A DNA stretch of 59,002 nucleotides from an uncultured Verrucomicrobiota bacterium (GCA_964404035.1 CAYOIT010000003.1:1-59002), one strand, 5' to 3'; shown: positions 1 through 8,659, numbered from the stretch's first letter. Numbers and translations: made by a program. The notes: generated by a model not told the origin, from the letters alone.

Positions 1-167
1 GGAATACCCGCCTGGCAAAGGCGCGCCTTCAGGTACTTCTCGGCGCATTGCTGAGCGTGAAAACAGATGCCGTCATAACTTGGATTCTTGCGTGCACGCG
101 ACTCCCTCTCGACGATCGCGAAGTCACCTTCGGCCTTGGATACCCATTCAGCGGCCAGGGGCTTCAT
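1..167 (-). CDS. HEPN-domain protein (HepT-like toxin candidate), 3' end cut by window edge
   Basis: Too short for the ORF track. Manual minus-strand translation from the ATG (complement of 165-167) gives MKPLAAEWVSKAEGDFAIVERESRARKNPSYDGICFHAQQCAEKYLKARLCQAGI.... This resembles the N-terminal helices of small HEPN proteins. The start overlaps the upstream nucleotidyltransferase gene by 20 nt. The catalytic RX4-6H motif would lie outside the window and is unverified. Confidence 0.5.
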   Translation of the reverse strand, partial: MKPLAAEWVSKAEGDFAIVERESRARKNPSYDGICFHAQQCAEKYLKARLCQAGI

Positions 168-468
168 ACAGCACCTTCCCCCTATCTAGGATGTCCTTGA
201 TGAAATCGTCGCCCATGGCAATGCGTTCCTTGATCTTGGCGGGCGTGCGAACCAGTAGATCGAGAGGGAATCGGGGATGAAGTCTGAGCCTCATCTCTAC
301 CGACTTGTCCACCGGGTCACCGTCGAGCGACATAACGACGAGCAAGTCAACGTCGGAGTCCGGCCCTGGACGTCCGTAGGCGTAGGATCCGAACAAGACA
401 ACCTTCCGGGGGTTGAACTCCCGTGCAAGCCGCTGCCCAAAGTCCTTGATCTGCTTTTGAGTCGTCAT
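148..468 (-). CDS. Minimal nucleotidyltransferase (MntA-like antitoxin candidate)
   Basis: ORF track 148..528. Start re-set to ATG M21 (MTTQKQIKDF...). It carries the nucleotidyltransferase signature VVLFGSYAYGRPGPDSDVDLLVV (GS ... DxD). At about 106 aa it is directly followed by, and overlaps, a HEPN ORF. Confidence 0.75.
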   Translation of the reverse strand: MTTQKQIKDFGQRLAREFNPRKVVLFGSYAYGRPGPDSDVDLLVVMSLDGDPVDKSVEMRLRLHPRFPLDLLVRTPAKIKERIAMGDDFIKDILDRGKVLYEAPGR

Positions 469-534
469 GGTAACACCACACGGCAACCATACCCCCACGC
501 GGTCCCTTAACGCAAGTTCAACGAACACGCGTGG

Positions 535-2076
535 TTAGTGCCATGAGGTCGGTTCGTTGACCTCGGACACTGGGGCCGACGATTCCGCCATGTCATCCGT
601 CCAGACGTACTTATACGAGAACGTCCCGCCTATGAAATGACGGGTGGCCGGCGCGGCCAGATCAATAAGCACAGTCGTGCCGCCCGCATGGAACGGGGAA
701 TGCCGCCACATATCCGCGAGCACCATGTCTCCATCGGGGGACACTCGTACGCCCCTGTAGCTGAGCCTTGGCACGTCGAAGCGCGACACCTGACGTCCCG
801 ACGGGTCGAGCAGCCGCAGCGAGTCGCCGTCGCGGGCCAGCACCAGCCTCCGGCGTGACGCCAGACAGGGATCGGAACCGTCCGCGAAGCGGGCAACATC
901 GCCGGTGTCCATACGGAAGGCGAACAGACTACGCGGGAACTTGGCGTTCTTCGTGTCCCCGATGCCGTGCCCAGTGTCGCCCCTGACGGCGCTTTTCGGT
1001 GTCTGATACACTCTTTCGTCGTCGAAGGAAGAGAACAGCACTGTCCGGGCATCGGGCAGCCAGCAGAGCCCACGGTCGGAGGCCCAGCGGGGCGCACGGG
1101 CGACCTCCCGTCCCGAATCGATGGCCACCACGATGACCCGGCACTTGCTGCCGAGTGCGTAGTAGCTGGAGCCGTTCTTGTAGGCGACGACCTCGGCATA
1201 GCGGTACAAGATGGCCAGATGCCTCGCATCGGGCGACAACGACAACGCGGCGACCCCCTGCCAGTTGGCAATGTCATCGAAGTCGTGGTCCATGAACCGG
1301 GACCCTTCGAGGTCGTGGATCACCGAGAATCCCGGCAACCGCGAGATGACGATGTGCCTGTCCTTCCAGTCGGACGTGCCCCACGGAACGTAGGCGCAGA
1401 TGTCCCGTGCGATGTCCCAGGTGTTGGGGTCAAGGGACGGGCAGTTGGTGAGCGTCGTCCACACTCCCGCCTGCGGGTCGAGCTGGCGGAGCCCGTGCGT
1501 CGGCCCCGGCGACACCGTCCCATAGATACGGCCTGTGACGCGATGGAGCAACGTGGGGCTCTGCCACCCGGCTTGCTCCCTCTTGTCAAGATGGCCCGCG
1601 TAGGAGAGCCAGCCGAAGAAAAGGCCAATCTCGATGGCGAATACGCAGGCATAGCTGGCGACGTTGATGCCGATGCCCAGGAAGCAGGTGCGCCGCCACG
1701 TGAGCGGAACCTGCCTGTACAGGAGGCGAAGCAACGGAATCTCCGTGGCGAGGGTGATCAGGAAAAGCGGGAGCACCATCGACATCGTGTCCCACATGAA
1801 GAACGAATCACGCCCGAACGCCAGCAGGAGGATGGACCCGGTGAAACTCGATGCGGCGTTCAGGACGGTACTGCGCCATAGGGAACCGATGAAGGGGGCT
1901 TGTTTGATGCGCCAGCGGAGCAGTCCGCTTTCCACGAGGATGATCACCAGCGTCACGATGGAGGCAGGCAACCATGTGTCCTTGTGGAAGAAGTTCAGGA
2001 TGGGGGAGACCCCGTCCGCGAAGGCCGTCATCGGTACGAGCAACAGAAGCCAGAACAAGTGCGGCGTTCGTCTCAT
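535..2076 (-). CDS. Hypothetical polytopic membrane protein with C-terminal PD40/beta-propeller-like domain
   Basis: ATG start. The N-terminal segment MRRTPHLFWLLLLVPMTAFA is signal-like and is followed by about four hydrophobic helices. A soluble region of about 340 aa follows, with repeated blade-like strings (SLSPDARHLAILY, WLPDARTVLFSS, RVSPDGDMVLAD). No specific family recognised. Confidence 0.6.
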   Translation of the reverse strand: MRRTPHLFWLLLLVPMTAFADGVSPILNFFHKDTWLPASIVTLVIILVESGLLRWRIKQAPFIGSLWRSTVLNAASSFTGSILLLAFGRDSFFMWDTMSMVLPLFLITLATEIPLLRLLYRQVPLTWRRTCFLGIGINVASYACVFAIEIGLFFGWLSYAGHLDKREQAGWQSPTLLHRVTGRIYGTVSPGPTHGLRQLDPQAGVWTTLTNCPSLDPNTWDIARDICAYVPWGTSDWKDRHIVISRLPGFSVIHDLEGSRFMDHDFDDIANWQGVAALSLSPDARHLAILYRYAEVVAYKNGSSYYALGSKCRVIVVAIDSGREVARAPRWASDRGLCWLPDARTVLFSSFDDERVYQTPKSAVRGDTGHGIGDTKNAKFPRSLFAFRMDTGDVARFADGSDPCLASRRRLVLARDGDSLRLLDPSGRQVSRFDVPRLSYRGVRVSPDGDMVLADMWRHSPFHAGGTTVLIDLAAPATRHFIGGTFSYKYVWTDDMAESSAPVSEVNEPTSWH

Positions 2077-2239
2077 TCCAAGAATCTACGGCAATCGCCG
2101 CCGATCGTCCATCTCCGGCGAGTCCCCATGCCGAACGGACCCTGGCCTATGCGGCGCGTCAAGGCTGTCGCGCCCTTATGGCATGGGCAGTGCCGCCGTT
2201 GCCGGCGGCGAACCGACGCCCACAGGATACAAAGCGCGG

Positions 2240-2473
2240 ATGTATGTCTATGACAAATGGGCAACCCAGTCGTTCGTGGACTTTTCGAACCATGATTTCA
2301 TGGGTGTCGATATGTGCGTCGTCGACGCTGACGGCAGCGGCAAGGCGTTCCACCACACCCAAACCGGGGATCGCCCGATGGATCAGTATGCCAACGGTCT
2401 GCTGCTCCTCGACCTCAAGAATCGCCTAAAAAGCGACCAGGTTCTCACCGTCAATCTCTTCCCGGACCGCTGA
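2240..2473 (+). CDS. Possible small protein (77 aa) or gene remnant
   Basis: This is the C-terminal part of track ORF 1664..2473, starting at the ATG at 2240: MYVYDKWATQSFVDFSNHDFMGVDMCVVDADGSGKAFHHTQTGDRPMDQYANGLLLLDLKNRLKSDQVLTVNLFPDR. Its composition is protein-like, unlike the Arg/Pro-rich upstream part, which is antisense to the membrane-protein gene. A 9-bp stem hairpin follows directly. No homology recognised. Confidence 0.25.
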   Translation: MYVYDKWATQSFVDFSNHDFMGVDMCVVDADGSGKAFHHTQTGDRPMDQYANGLLLLDLKNRLKSDQVLTVNLFPDR

Positions 2474-2478
2474 CCGGT

Positions 2479-2498
2479 TCCCACCGGGACCGGTGGGA
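2479..2498 (+). terminator. GC hairpin (TCCCACCGG-GA-CCGGTGGGA) directly after the small ORF stop
   Basis: Perfect 9-nt inverted repeat seen in the sequence. There is no T-tract after it, so function as an intrinsic terminator is uncertain. Confidence 0.2.
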
Positions 2499-2601
2499 GG
2501 AGAAGAGGCGGCAAGGTCGGGCAACCGTCAGATGCGTCTTGATCGGCGCGGGGGCAACAGGTTACAACCCTGACTCCTGTTGCGATTGAAGGAGAAACCC
2601 T

Positions 2602-4776
2602 ATGACCGAATCCACGATTGATCACCGCTATCTGAACTCCGCGCTTCCCGTCAAGGAGCGGGCACGCCTTCTGGTCAGCCAGATGACGTTACGGGAAAAG
2701 ATCGCCCAGATGCTGCATCAGGCGCCGCCGATCCCGCGGCTGAACGTTCCTGCCTACGGTTGGTGGAGCGAGTGCCTGCATGGGGTCGGCCGCGCCGGAA
2801 AAGCCACGGTGTTCCCGCAGTGCACCGGACTGGCGGCGACCTTCCACGACGGGTTGGTTTACGACATCGCCGACGCGATCTCGACCGAAGCGAGGGCCAA
2901 GCACCACGATGCCGTCCGCCGCGGCTTTCGCGGGCAGTGTGCCGGACTGACCTTCTGGACGCCGAACATCAATATCTTTCGCGATCCCCGTTGGGGCCGG
3001 GGGCAGGAGACGTATGGCGAGGATCCGTATCTGACCGCGTGCATGGGGGTGGCGTTCGTGAAGGGATTGCAGGGCGATGATCCCCGGCATCTGAAGGTGG
3101 CGGCCTGCGCCAAACACTATGCCGTCCACAGCGGCCCGGAATCCGGCCGTCATTCGTTTGACAGTGTGGTCAATTCCCGCGACCTGCACGAGACCTATCT
3201 GCCGGCGTTCCGCGCCTGCGTGACGGAAGCCAAAGTGGAGTCGGTCATGACGGCCTACAACCGGACGAACGGCGAGGCTTGCAGCGCCAGTCCCACCCTG
3301 CTGGGGCGCATCCTGCGCGGCGACTGGCAGTTTGATGGGCATGTGCTCAGCGACTGCGGTGCCGTGGAGGATATCTGCAACCACCACAAACTGGCGGCGA
3401 CGCCGGCGGAAGCGGCGGCCATGGCCGTGCGCGAAGGGTGTGACCTGTGCTGTGGCGAGATCTATCGCAATCTCCTGGAGGCCGTGCAGCGGGGGCTGGT
3501 CACCGAGGCGGAGATCGACCGCAGTGTGTGCCGGCTTTTCACGACACGGATGCGGCTGGGGATGTTCGATCCGCCCGCGGAAGTGAAGTGGGCCTCGATC
3601 TCGCCCGAGGTCGTGTGTTGCCCCAAGCACGCTGACCTGGCCTTGCAGGCCGCACGGGAGTCTCTGGTGCTCCTGAAAAACGACGGTATTCTTCCGCTCG
3701 ATGCCGACAAGCTGAAATGCCTGGGGGTGTCGGGACCACTGGCGCTGGACCTGGACGTGTTGCTGGGGAACTATAACGGGCACTCGCGCGACATGGTCTC
3801 CTATCTGGCCGGGATTGTGGATCGGGCGGGGGCGGGAACGAGCGTACCGTATAACAAGGGGTGCGATCTGGTCCGGGGCGGACCCGTGAATACGGGCTCG
3901 CTGACCTGGTGGTTCGCGGAAACGGAGGCCATCGTGGTCTGCCTGGGCAATACCGCGCAACTGGAGGGGGAAGAGGGTGACGCCTACAACGCCGAAGCCG
4001 GCGGCGACCGCATCAGCATCGGCCTGCCCGGCCGACAGCAGGAATTGCTGGAGGTTCTGGTGGGGTTGAAGCGGCCGGTGATTCTTGTGGTGTCCGGCGG
4101 CGGCGCCATCGACCTGTCATGGGCGCATGAGCATTGCGCGGCTATTGTGTTCGCCTGGTATCCCGGTCAGGCCGGGGGAACGGCCCTGGCGGAGGTGCTT
4201 TTCGGCGACTACAACCCTGCCGGCCGGCTGCCCGTCACCTTTCCCCGTTCCGTGACGGACCTTCCGCATTTTCACTCCTACGCCATGGCCGGGCGAACGT
4301 ACCGGTATGCGCAGACGGCGCCGCTCTATCCGTTCGGATTCGGGCTGAGCTATACCACCTTCGATTATGCCGGGCTCGCCCTCTCGTCGGACACGATCGG
4401 GGCCGAGGACCGCCTGACAGCGCGGGTCAAGGTTCGCAATACGGGAACCCGCGATGGCGATGAGGTGGTGCAACTCTATATTGAGCCCCTCGCGACCGGT
4501 GTGCCGGCTCCGCGGTTGCACCTGGAATCGTTTCGCCGTATCCACCTCGCGGCCGGCGAGGAGACCGAGGTGGTTTTCAACCTGCAGGCTGACCAGTTCC
4601 GCCATTATCGCGACGATGGCCTTCCGTTCTTCGAGCCGGGACCGTTTCGGATCCATGTCGGTGGCGGGCAGCCCGGTTATGCTCCAGCGGTCCCTGGGCA
4701 CTCGAACTCGCTGAAGGACTGCGGCGGGGCAGATACCTCGGCACCGGTTCTCAGCGCCTCCTGCATCCTGAGGTAG
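2602..4776 (+). CDS. Glycoside hydrolase family 3 (beta-glucosidase/beta-xylosidase type), cytoplasmic
   Basis: ATG preceded by GGAG. The 724-aa product has GH3-like strings (LREKIAQM, FWTPNINIFRDPRWGRGQETYGEDP, KHYAVHSGPE, GHVLSDCGAV). A C-terminal Fn3-like part is present (DGDEVVQLYI). No signal peptide. Confidence 0.9.
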   Translation: MTESTIDHRYLNSALPVKERARLLVSQMTLREKIAQMLHQAPPIPRLNVPAYGWWSECLHGVGRAGKATVFPQCTGLAATFHDGLVYDIADAISTEARAKHHDAVRRGFRGQCAGLTFWTPNINIFRDPRWGRGQETYGEDPYLTACMGVAFVKGLQGDDPRHLKVAACAKHYAVHSGPESGRHSFDSVVNSRDLHETYLPAFRACVTEAKVESVMTAYNRTNGEACSASPTLLGRILRGDWQFDGHVLSDCGAVEDICNHHKLAATPAEAAAMAVREGCDLCCGEIYRNLLEAVQRGLVTEAEIDRSVCRLFTTRMRLGMFDPPAEVKWASISPEVVCCPKHADLALQAARESLVLLKNDGILPLDADKLKCLGVSGPLALDLDVLLGNYNGHSRDMVSYLAGIVDRAGAGTSVPYNKGCDLVRGGPVNTGSLTWWFAETEAIVVCLGNTAQLEGEEGDAYNAEAGGDRISIGLPGRQQELLEVLVGLKRPVILVVSGGGAIDLSWAHEHCAAIVFAWYPGQAGGTALAEVLFGDYNPAGRLPVTFPRSVTDLPHFHSYAMAGRTYRYAQTAPLYPFGFGLSYTTFDYAGLALSSDTIGAEDRLTARVKVRNTGTRDGDEVVQLYIEPLATGVPAPRLHLESFRRIHLAAGEETEVVFNLQADQFRHYRDDGLPFFEPGPFRIHVGGGQPGYAPAVPGHSNSLKDCGGADTSAPVLSASCILR

Positions 4777-5768
4777 AGGTAGTGGTCCTGCATCCCCTCG
4801 CGCCAGGGATAGAACGACCTCCCGGTGCGCACGTAAGCGGCCATCCGGAGCAGGCAATCGCCCACGGCGATCTCGTCGTCGGTCAGCGCGGCGCCTGCCA
4901 GCGGATTGCGGTAGATCCAGTCGTCCCCCGCCTGGATGCCGCGCAGCGAGACGCCGGTGAGGAGATCCTGGTGGTGCCGGGTGAGTTGAAGGTGGATCGG
5001 CGTGGCGGCGTCCTTGAGGTAACGGATGCTGTCACCCGAGAGCTCGCCGCGCGGGCCGCGGACCAGCACCCGGCCGTCCCGGATCATCCCCATGTACTGG
5101 TCGCCCGTAAAGTCGAACACGGCCGTGCGATCGCCGAAGTCGAACAGGACCACATCCTGGACTGACTCGCGGACCGTCTCTTCCGTGGGCACCCGGTTGC
5201 GCCCGCCCCCGGCCACAATGGGGGCACGGAACGAGCGCCCCACGAGCTTGCACGATTCCCCTTTGATGCCGAGGAAGCGGCGGATCAGGCTGATGCCGTG
5301 ATACCCGTGGCCGATCGACACCTGCGCGTGCGAGACCGGACCGAGTCGGCCGTCCGCCACGAACGCCAATTGGGCCGCATGGCTTGGGCGCAGGTGGTAT
5401 TCCTCGGCCACCTGCACCTGGGCCTGGAGCCGGGTGAGGTCGGCATCGAGGGCCAGCAGCGACTCGAGATCCGGCGCCGGCGGCGTTTCCGAAAGCGCGG
5501 GCATCCGCCGCTCCGCGAGTTCGCGCAGCAGGCCCGGATTGACGGGCCAGGGCACGCTGGTGACCACATACTCGGGCTTGGCGGCGAGCAAGGTGTCCAG
5601 GCTGGTGAGGCCCGGCACGCCCCATTGCCGGTGGACCGCGTCCGCCCGCTCCGCGGTCCGCGAGACGACGCCGGCCACCTCGAAAAGATCCGGCCGCGCC
5701 CGGGCCACACGCAGGTAGAACTCGGTTCGCCACCCTGTCCCCACGACCCCGAACCGGATGCGACTCAT
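4677..5768 (-). CDS. Gfo/Idh/MocA family NAD(P)-dependent oxidoreductase
   Basis: Rossmann N-terminus MSRIRFGVVGTGWRTEFYLRVA. Start set at the ATG at 5768, which has GAAGGA 5 nt upstream; alternatives are 5801 and 5849. The 3' end overlaps the convergent GH3 gene by 100 nt. Confidence 0.8.
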   Translation of the reverse strand: MSRIRFGVVGTGWRTEFYLRVARARPDLFEVAGVVSRTAERADAVHRQWGVPGLTSLDTLLAAKPEYVVTSVPWPVNPGLLRELAERRMPALSETPPAPDLESLLALDADLTRLQAQVQVAEEYHLRPSHAAQLAFVADGRLGPVSHAQVSIGHGYHGISLIRRFLGIKGESCKLVGRSFRAPIVAGGGRNRVPTEETVRESVQDVVLFDFGDRTAVFDFTGDQYMGMIRDGRVLVRGPRGELSGDSIRYLKDAATPIHLQLTRHHQDLLTGVSLRGIQAGDDWIYRNPLAGAALTDDEIAVGDCLLRMAAYVRTGRSFYPWREGMQDHYLYLRMQEALRTGAEVSAPPQSFSEFECPGTAGA

Positions 5769-6001
5769 GGGGTCCTTCTTCGCCTGGGCATCTTTTTTCA
5801 TGAGCAGGATGGTACGCCGATAGACCGGCAAAGCAACGCAGATCCTCACTCTCTGCCTCGACGAAGCTGGAAATGAGAAATCGAGTTGTGGAGCCGGGTG
5901 GGTGGGGTGCTAATCTTCTCCAAGCGGCAAGACAGGTGGCGTGTCTGGCGAGTAGACTGGCGCCATTTGCCCGTGACGGCCATTTCAAAGGAGTGTAGGT
6001 T

Positions 6002-7063
6002 ATGACCATGAAAACGACCCCAATCAAAGCCTATGCAGTGCATACTGCGAGTTCGGCCCTGACACCTCTCGGCATTGCCCGGCGGGAACCCGGCCCTACT
6101 GATGTGGAAATGGATATTCTGTTCTGCGGAGTCTGTCACTCGGACATTCATCAGGGCCGGAATGAATGGCACAACACGGTCTACCCCTGTGTGCCCGGCC
6201 ATGAGATTGTCGGCCGCGTCACCCGTGTCGGCGCCCGCGTCGCCAAGTTCAAGCCGGGTGAGCTGAGCGCCGTAGGGTGCCTGGTGGATTCGTGTCACAC
6301 CTGTCCCAGTTGCCAGGCGGGATTGGAGCAATACTGCCTGTCGTTTCCCACCTTCACCTATAACAGCGAGGACAAGCATTTGGGTGGGCACACCTTCGGC
6401 GGCTATTCGACCAAGGTTGTCGTGGATGAGTCCTTCGTCCTGCGCGTGCCCGCCGGACTGGATCTGGCCGCCACCGCTCCGCTTTTGTGCGCCGGTATCA
6501 CGACCTACTCGCCGCTCCGCCACTGGAAGGTGGGCCCCAACCAGAAGGTGGGCATTGTCGGGCTGGGCGGGCTGGGGCACATGGGGGTTAAGTTTGCCCG
6601 CGCCTTTGGCGCTCATGTCGTCCTGTTCACGACCTCTCCCGGCAAGATTGCCGACGGCCTGCGACTGGGGGCCCATGAAGTTGTTGTGTCCAAAGATCCC
6701 GACGCGATGAAGAAGCACCAGGGGAGTTTCGACTTCATCCTGGATGCGGTGTCGGCCCAGCACGACATCAATGCCTACCTGAGTCTGCTGAAACTGGATG
6801 GCACGCTCACGCTGGTGGGCGCCCCCGAGCAGCCCCTGCCGGTGGCGGTCTTCAATCTGATCCTGCCGCGCCGCAATTTTGCCGGCTCGTGCATTGGCGG
6901 GATCGCCGAGACGCAGGAGATGCTGGACTTCTGCGCCGCCCACGGGATTGTCTCGGACATCGAGTTGATCCCCATCCAGAAGATCAACGAAGCGTGGGAT
7001 CGGATGCTCAAGCAGGATGTGCGCTACCGCTTCGTCATCGACATGGCTTCCCTGAAATCATGA
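6002..7063 (+). CDS. Zn-dependent NAD(P) alcohol dehydrogenase, cinnamyl-alcohol-dehydrogenase (YahK-like) subgroup
   Basis: ATG with AAGGAG 8 nt upstream. Motifs: GVCHSDIHQGRNEW, PCVPGHEIVG, structural-Zn cysteines CHTCPSCQAGLEQYC, and GIVGLGGLGHMG. Confidence 0.9.
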   Translation: MTMKTTPIKAYAVHTASSALTPLGIARREPGPTDVEMDILFCGVCHSDIHQGRNEWHNTVYPCVPGHEIVGRVTRVGARVAKFKPGELSAVGCLVDSCHTCPSCQAGLEQYCLSFPTFTYNSEDKHLGGHTFGGYSTKVVVDESFVLRVPAGLDLAATAPLLCAGITTYSPLRHWKVGPNQKVGIVGLGGLGHMGVKFARAFGAHVVLFTTSPGKIADGLRLGAHEVVVSKDPDAMKKHQGSFDFILDAVSAQHDINAYLSLLKLDGTLTLVGAPEQPLPVAVFNLILPRRNFAGSCIGGIAETQEMLDFCAAHGIVSDIELIPIQKINEAWDRMLKQDVRYRFVIDMASLKS

Positions 7064-7178
7064 GCGATCGATAGAGGACTGGTTACCCCGGAAGTGGGCC
7101 TGCCTACAGCCCGCCCCCCTGCGTTAGAGGGGTAAGGTTGATTCATTGCAATGGGTAGCTTGCTATGGCGCAAAGAAG

Positions 7179-7218
7179 AACCCACCCCTGCCCCTCCAGG
7201 GAGGGGCAGGGGTGGGTT
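7179..7218. repeat. Perfect 19-bp GC-rich hairpin (AACCCACCCCTGCCCCTCC-AG-GGAGGGGCAGGGGTGGGTT), REP-like or bidirectional terminator
   Basis: Inverted repeat read directly from the sequence. It is flanked by an A-run upstream (gcaaagaagaa), which gives a T-run on the minus strand. It lies in the 357-nt spacer after the ADH gene. Confidence 0.5.
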
Positions 7219-7420
7219 TGGCGTGGGGGCGAATCAGCGGAATGACTGGTATTACCAAAAGACTTGCCATCGTACGTGCATGCATCCTGGTCACTGGGGC
7301 CTTCCTTAAAAAGAAGTTTCTTGGAAGGGTATTCTTTGAGTATGTTCTCCCGACAAGGACGCCCTGCGGTGGAAGAGGGCTGGCGGCGAAGTTTGGTCAA
7401 CAACAGGATATGGGAACAAC

Positions 7421-8659
7421 ATGAACCCCAATGACAGAATCGTTCTGCGTAAGGTGGCTGGTGAGTATTTCCTTATGGCGCAGCAGGAGCGCTTTCGCGA
7501 CAACCGCCGGCTGCACCGCGCGGTGAACGACCTGGCGCCGGTCCGGCCGGTCGTCCTGATCGACGAACTGCCCTGGACCGAAATGAACCTCAACGGCGAA
7601 TTGACCCTGCAGTGCGAGGACCCAGTCTTGCGCGATGTTGAATGGTTTATGCGCTCGACCCTCTACAAGGCCAGGCACTTGCCGGCCGATATGATCATCG
7701 CCCCCTACGTGCCGGTCCACAAGAGTATCCACATCACGGACATCGGCGTCTCGATCGACGAAAGAACGATGGCGCAGGAAGGTCGTGACACGATCCGGTC
7801 GCACGAATATCACGACCAACTCGCCACGGAAGCGGACCTCGACAAGATCCACAATGCCGTCGTCACGTATGACCGGGAAGACACCCTGCGGCGATATCAC
7901 CTGATCGGCGATGTGATTGGCGACCTCCTACCGGTGCGCCTCAAGGGGGTTGAATACGCTTCGACCGGGACGTGGGATGCCATCGCCATGTACCGCGGCG
8001 TGACCAACCTGCTGGTCGATCTGGCCGAGCGGCCGGACTTCATGCACCGGCTGGTGCGAAAACTGCACGATGTCCGCTGGGATACGATCAGGCAGATCGA
8101 GGCCCTAGGCCTGTTCGATAACGATCCTTACTCCCTGCACTGCACGCCGATTCTGGCGAGCGCCTTACCGGGCAAGGATTGTGACGGCGAACATGTTCTG
8201 TTGAAACATGTCTGGGGTCGGGCCGTCGCCCAGATCTTCGCCTCGGTCTCGGGCGCCATGCATGAGGAGTTCGACATCGATTACATCAAGGAGCCGATGT
8301 CCCGTTGCGGGTTGGTTTACTACGGCTGCTGCGAACCGCTTGATAAGAAGATGGATATTGTCCGGAAGATCCCGAACCTGCGCAAAATATCGATCACCCC
8401 CTGGGCGGACGTCAATGTCGCCGCGGAAGCGATCGGCCGGAACTATGTCCTCTCGGCCAAGCCCAACCCCGCTTCAGTCGCTGTTGACCGCCTGGACCCC
8501 ACGCAGCTCCGCAAGGAGATCAAGACCATCCTGGACGCCTGCGGGCGCAACCACTGCTCGTGCGATCTGGTCCTCAAGGACATCAGCACCTGCAACGGCC
8601 GCCCGCAGAATATCTTCGAGTGGGAGCAAATTGTGATGGAGATGGTCAGGAACGGGTAG
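7421..8659 (+). CDS. URO-D-like (uroporphyrinogen decarboxylase / MtaA-type methyltransferase fold) family protein, function unknown (tentative)
   Basis: ATG start, 412 aa. Strings such as IDELPWTEMN, VYYGCCEPLDKKMD, NLRKISITPWAD and LKDISTC match my recollection of uncharacterised URO-D-like proteins. Not verified by any search. Confidence 0.5.
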   Translation: MNPNDRIVLRKVAGEYFLMAQQERFRDNRRLHRAVNDLAPVRPVVLIDELPWTEMNLNGELTLQCEDPVLRDVEWFMRSTLYKARHLPADMIIAPYVPVHKSIHITDIGVSIDERTMAQEGRDTIRSHEYHDQLATEADLDKIHNAVVTYDREDTLRRYHLIGDVIGDLLPVRLKGVEYASTGTWDAIAMYRGVTNLLVDLAERPDFMHRLVRKLHDVRWDTIRQIEALGLFDNDPYSLHCTPILASALPGKDCDGEHVLLKHVWGRAVAQIFASVSGAMHEEFDIDYIKEPMSRCGLVYYGCCEPLDKKMDIVRKIPNLRKISITPWADVNVAAEAIGRNYVLSAKPNPASVAVDRLDPTQLRKEIKTILDACGRNHCSCDLVLKDISTCNGRPQNIFEWEQIVMEMVRNG

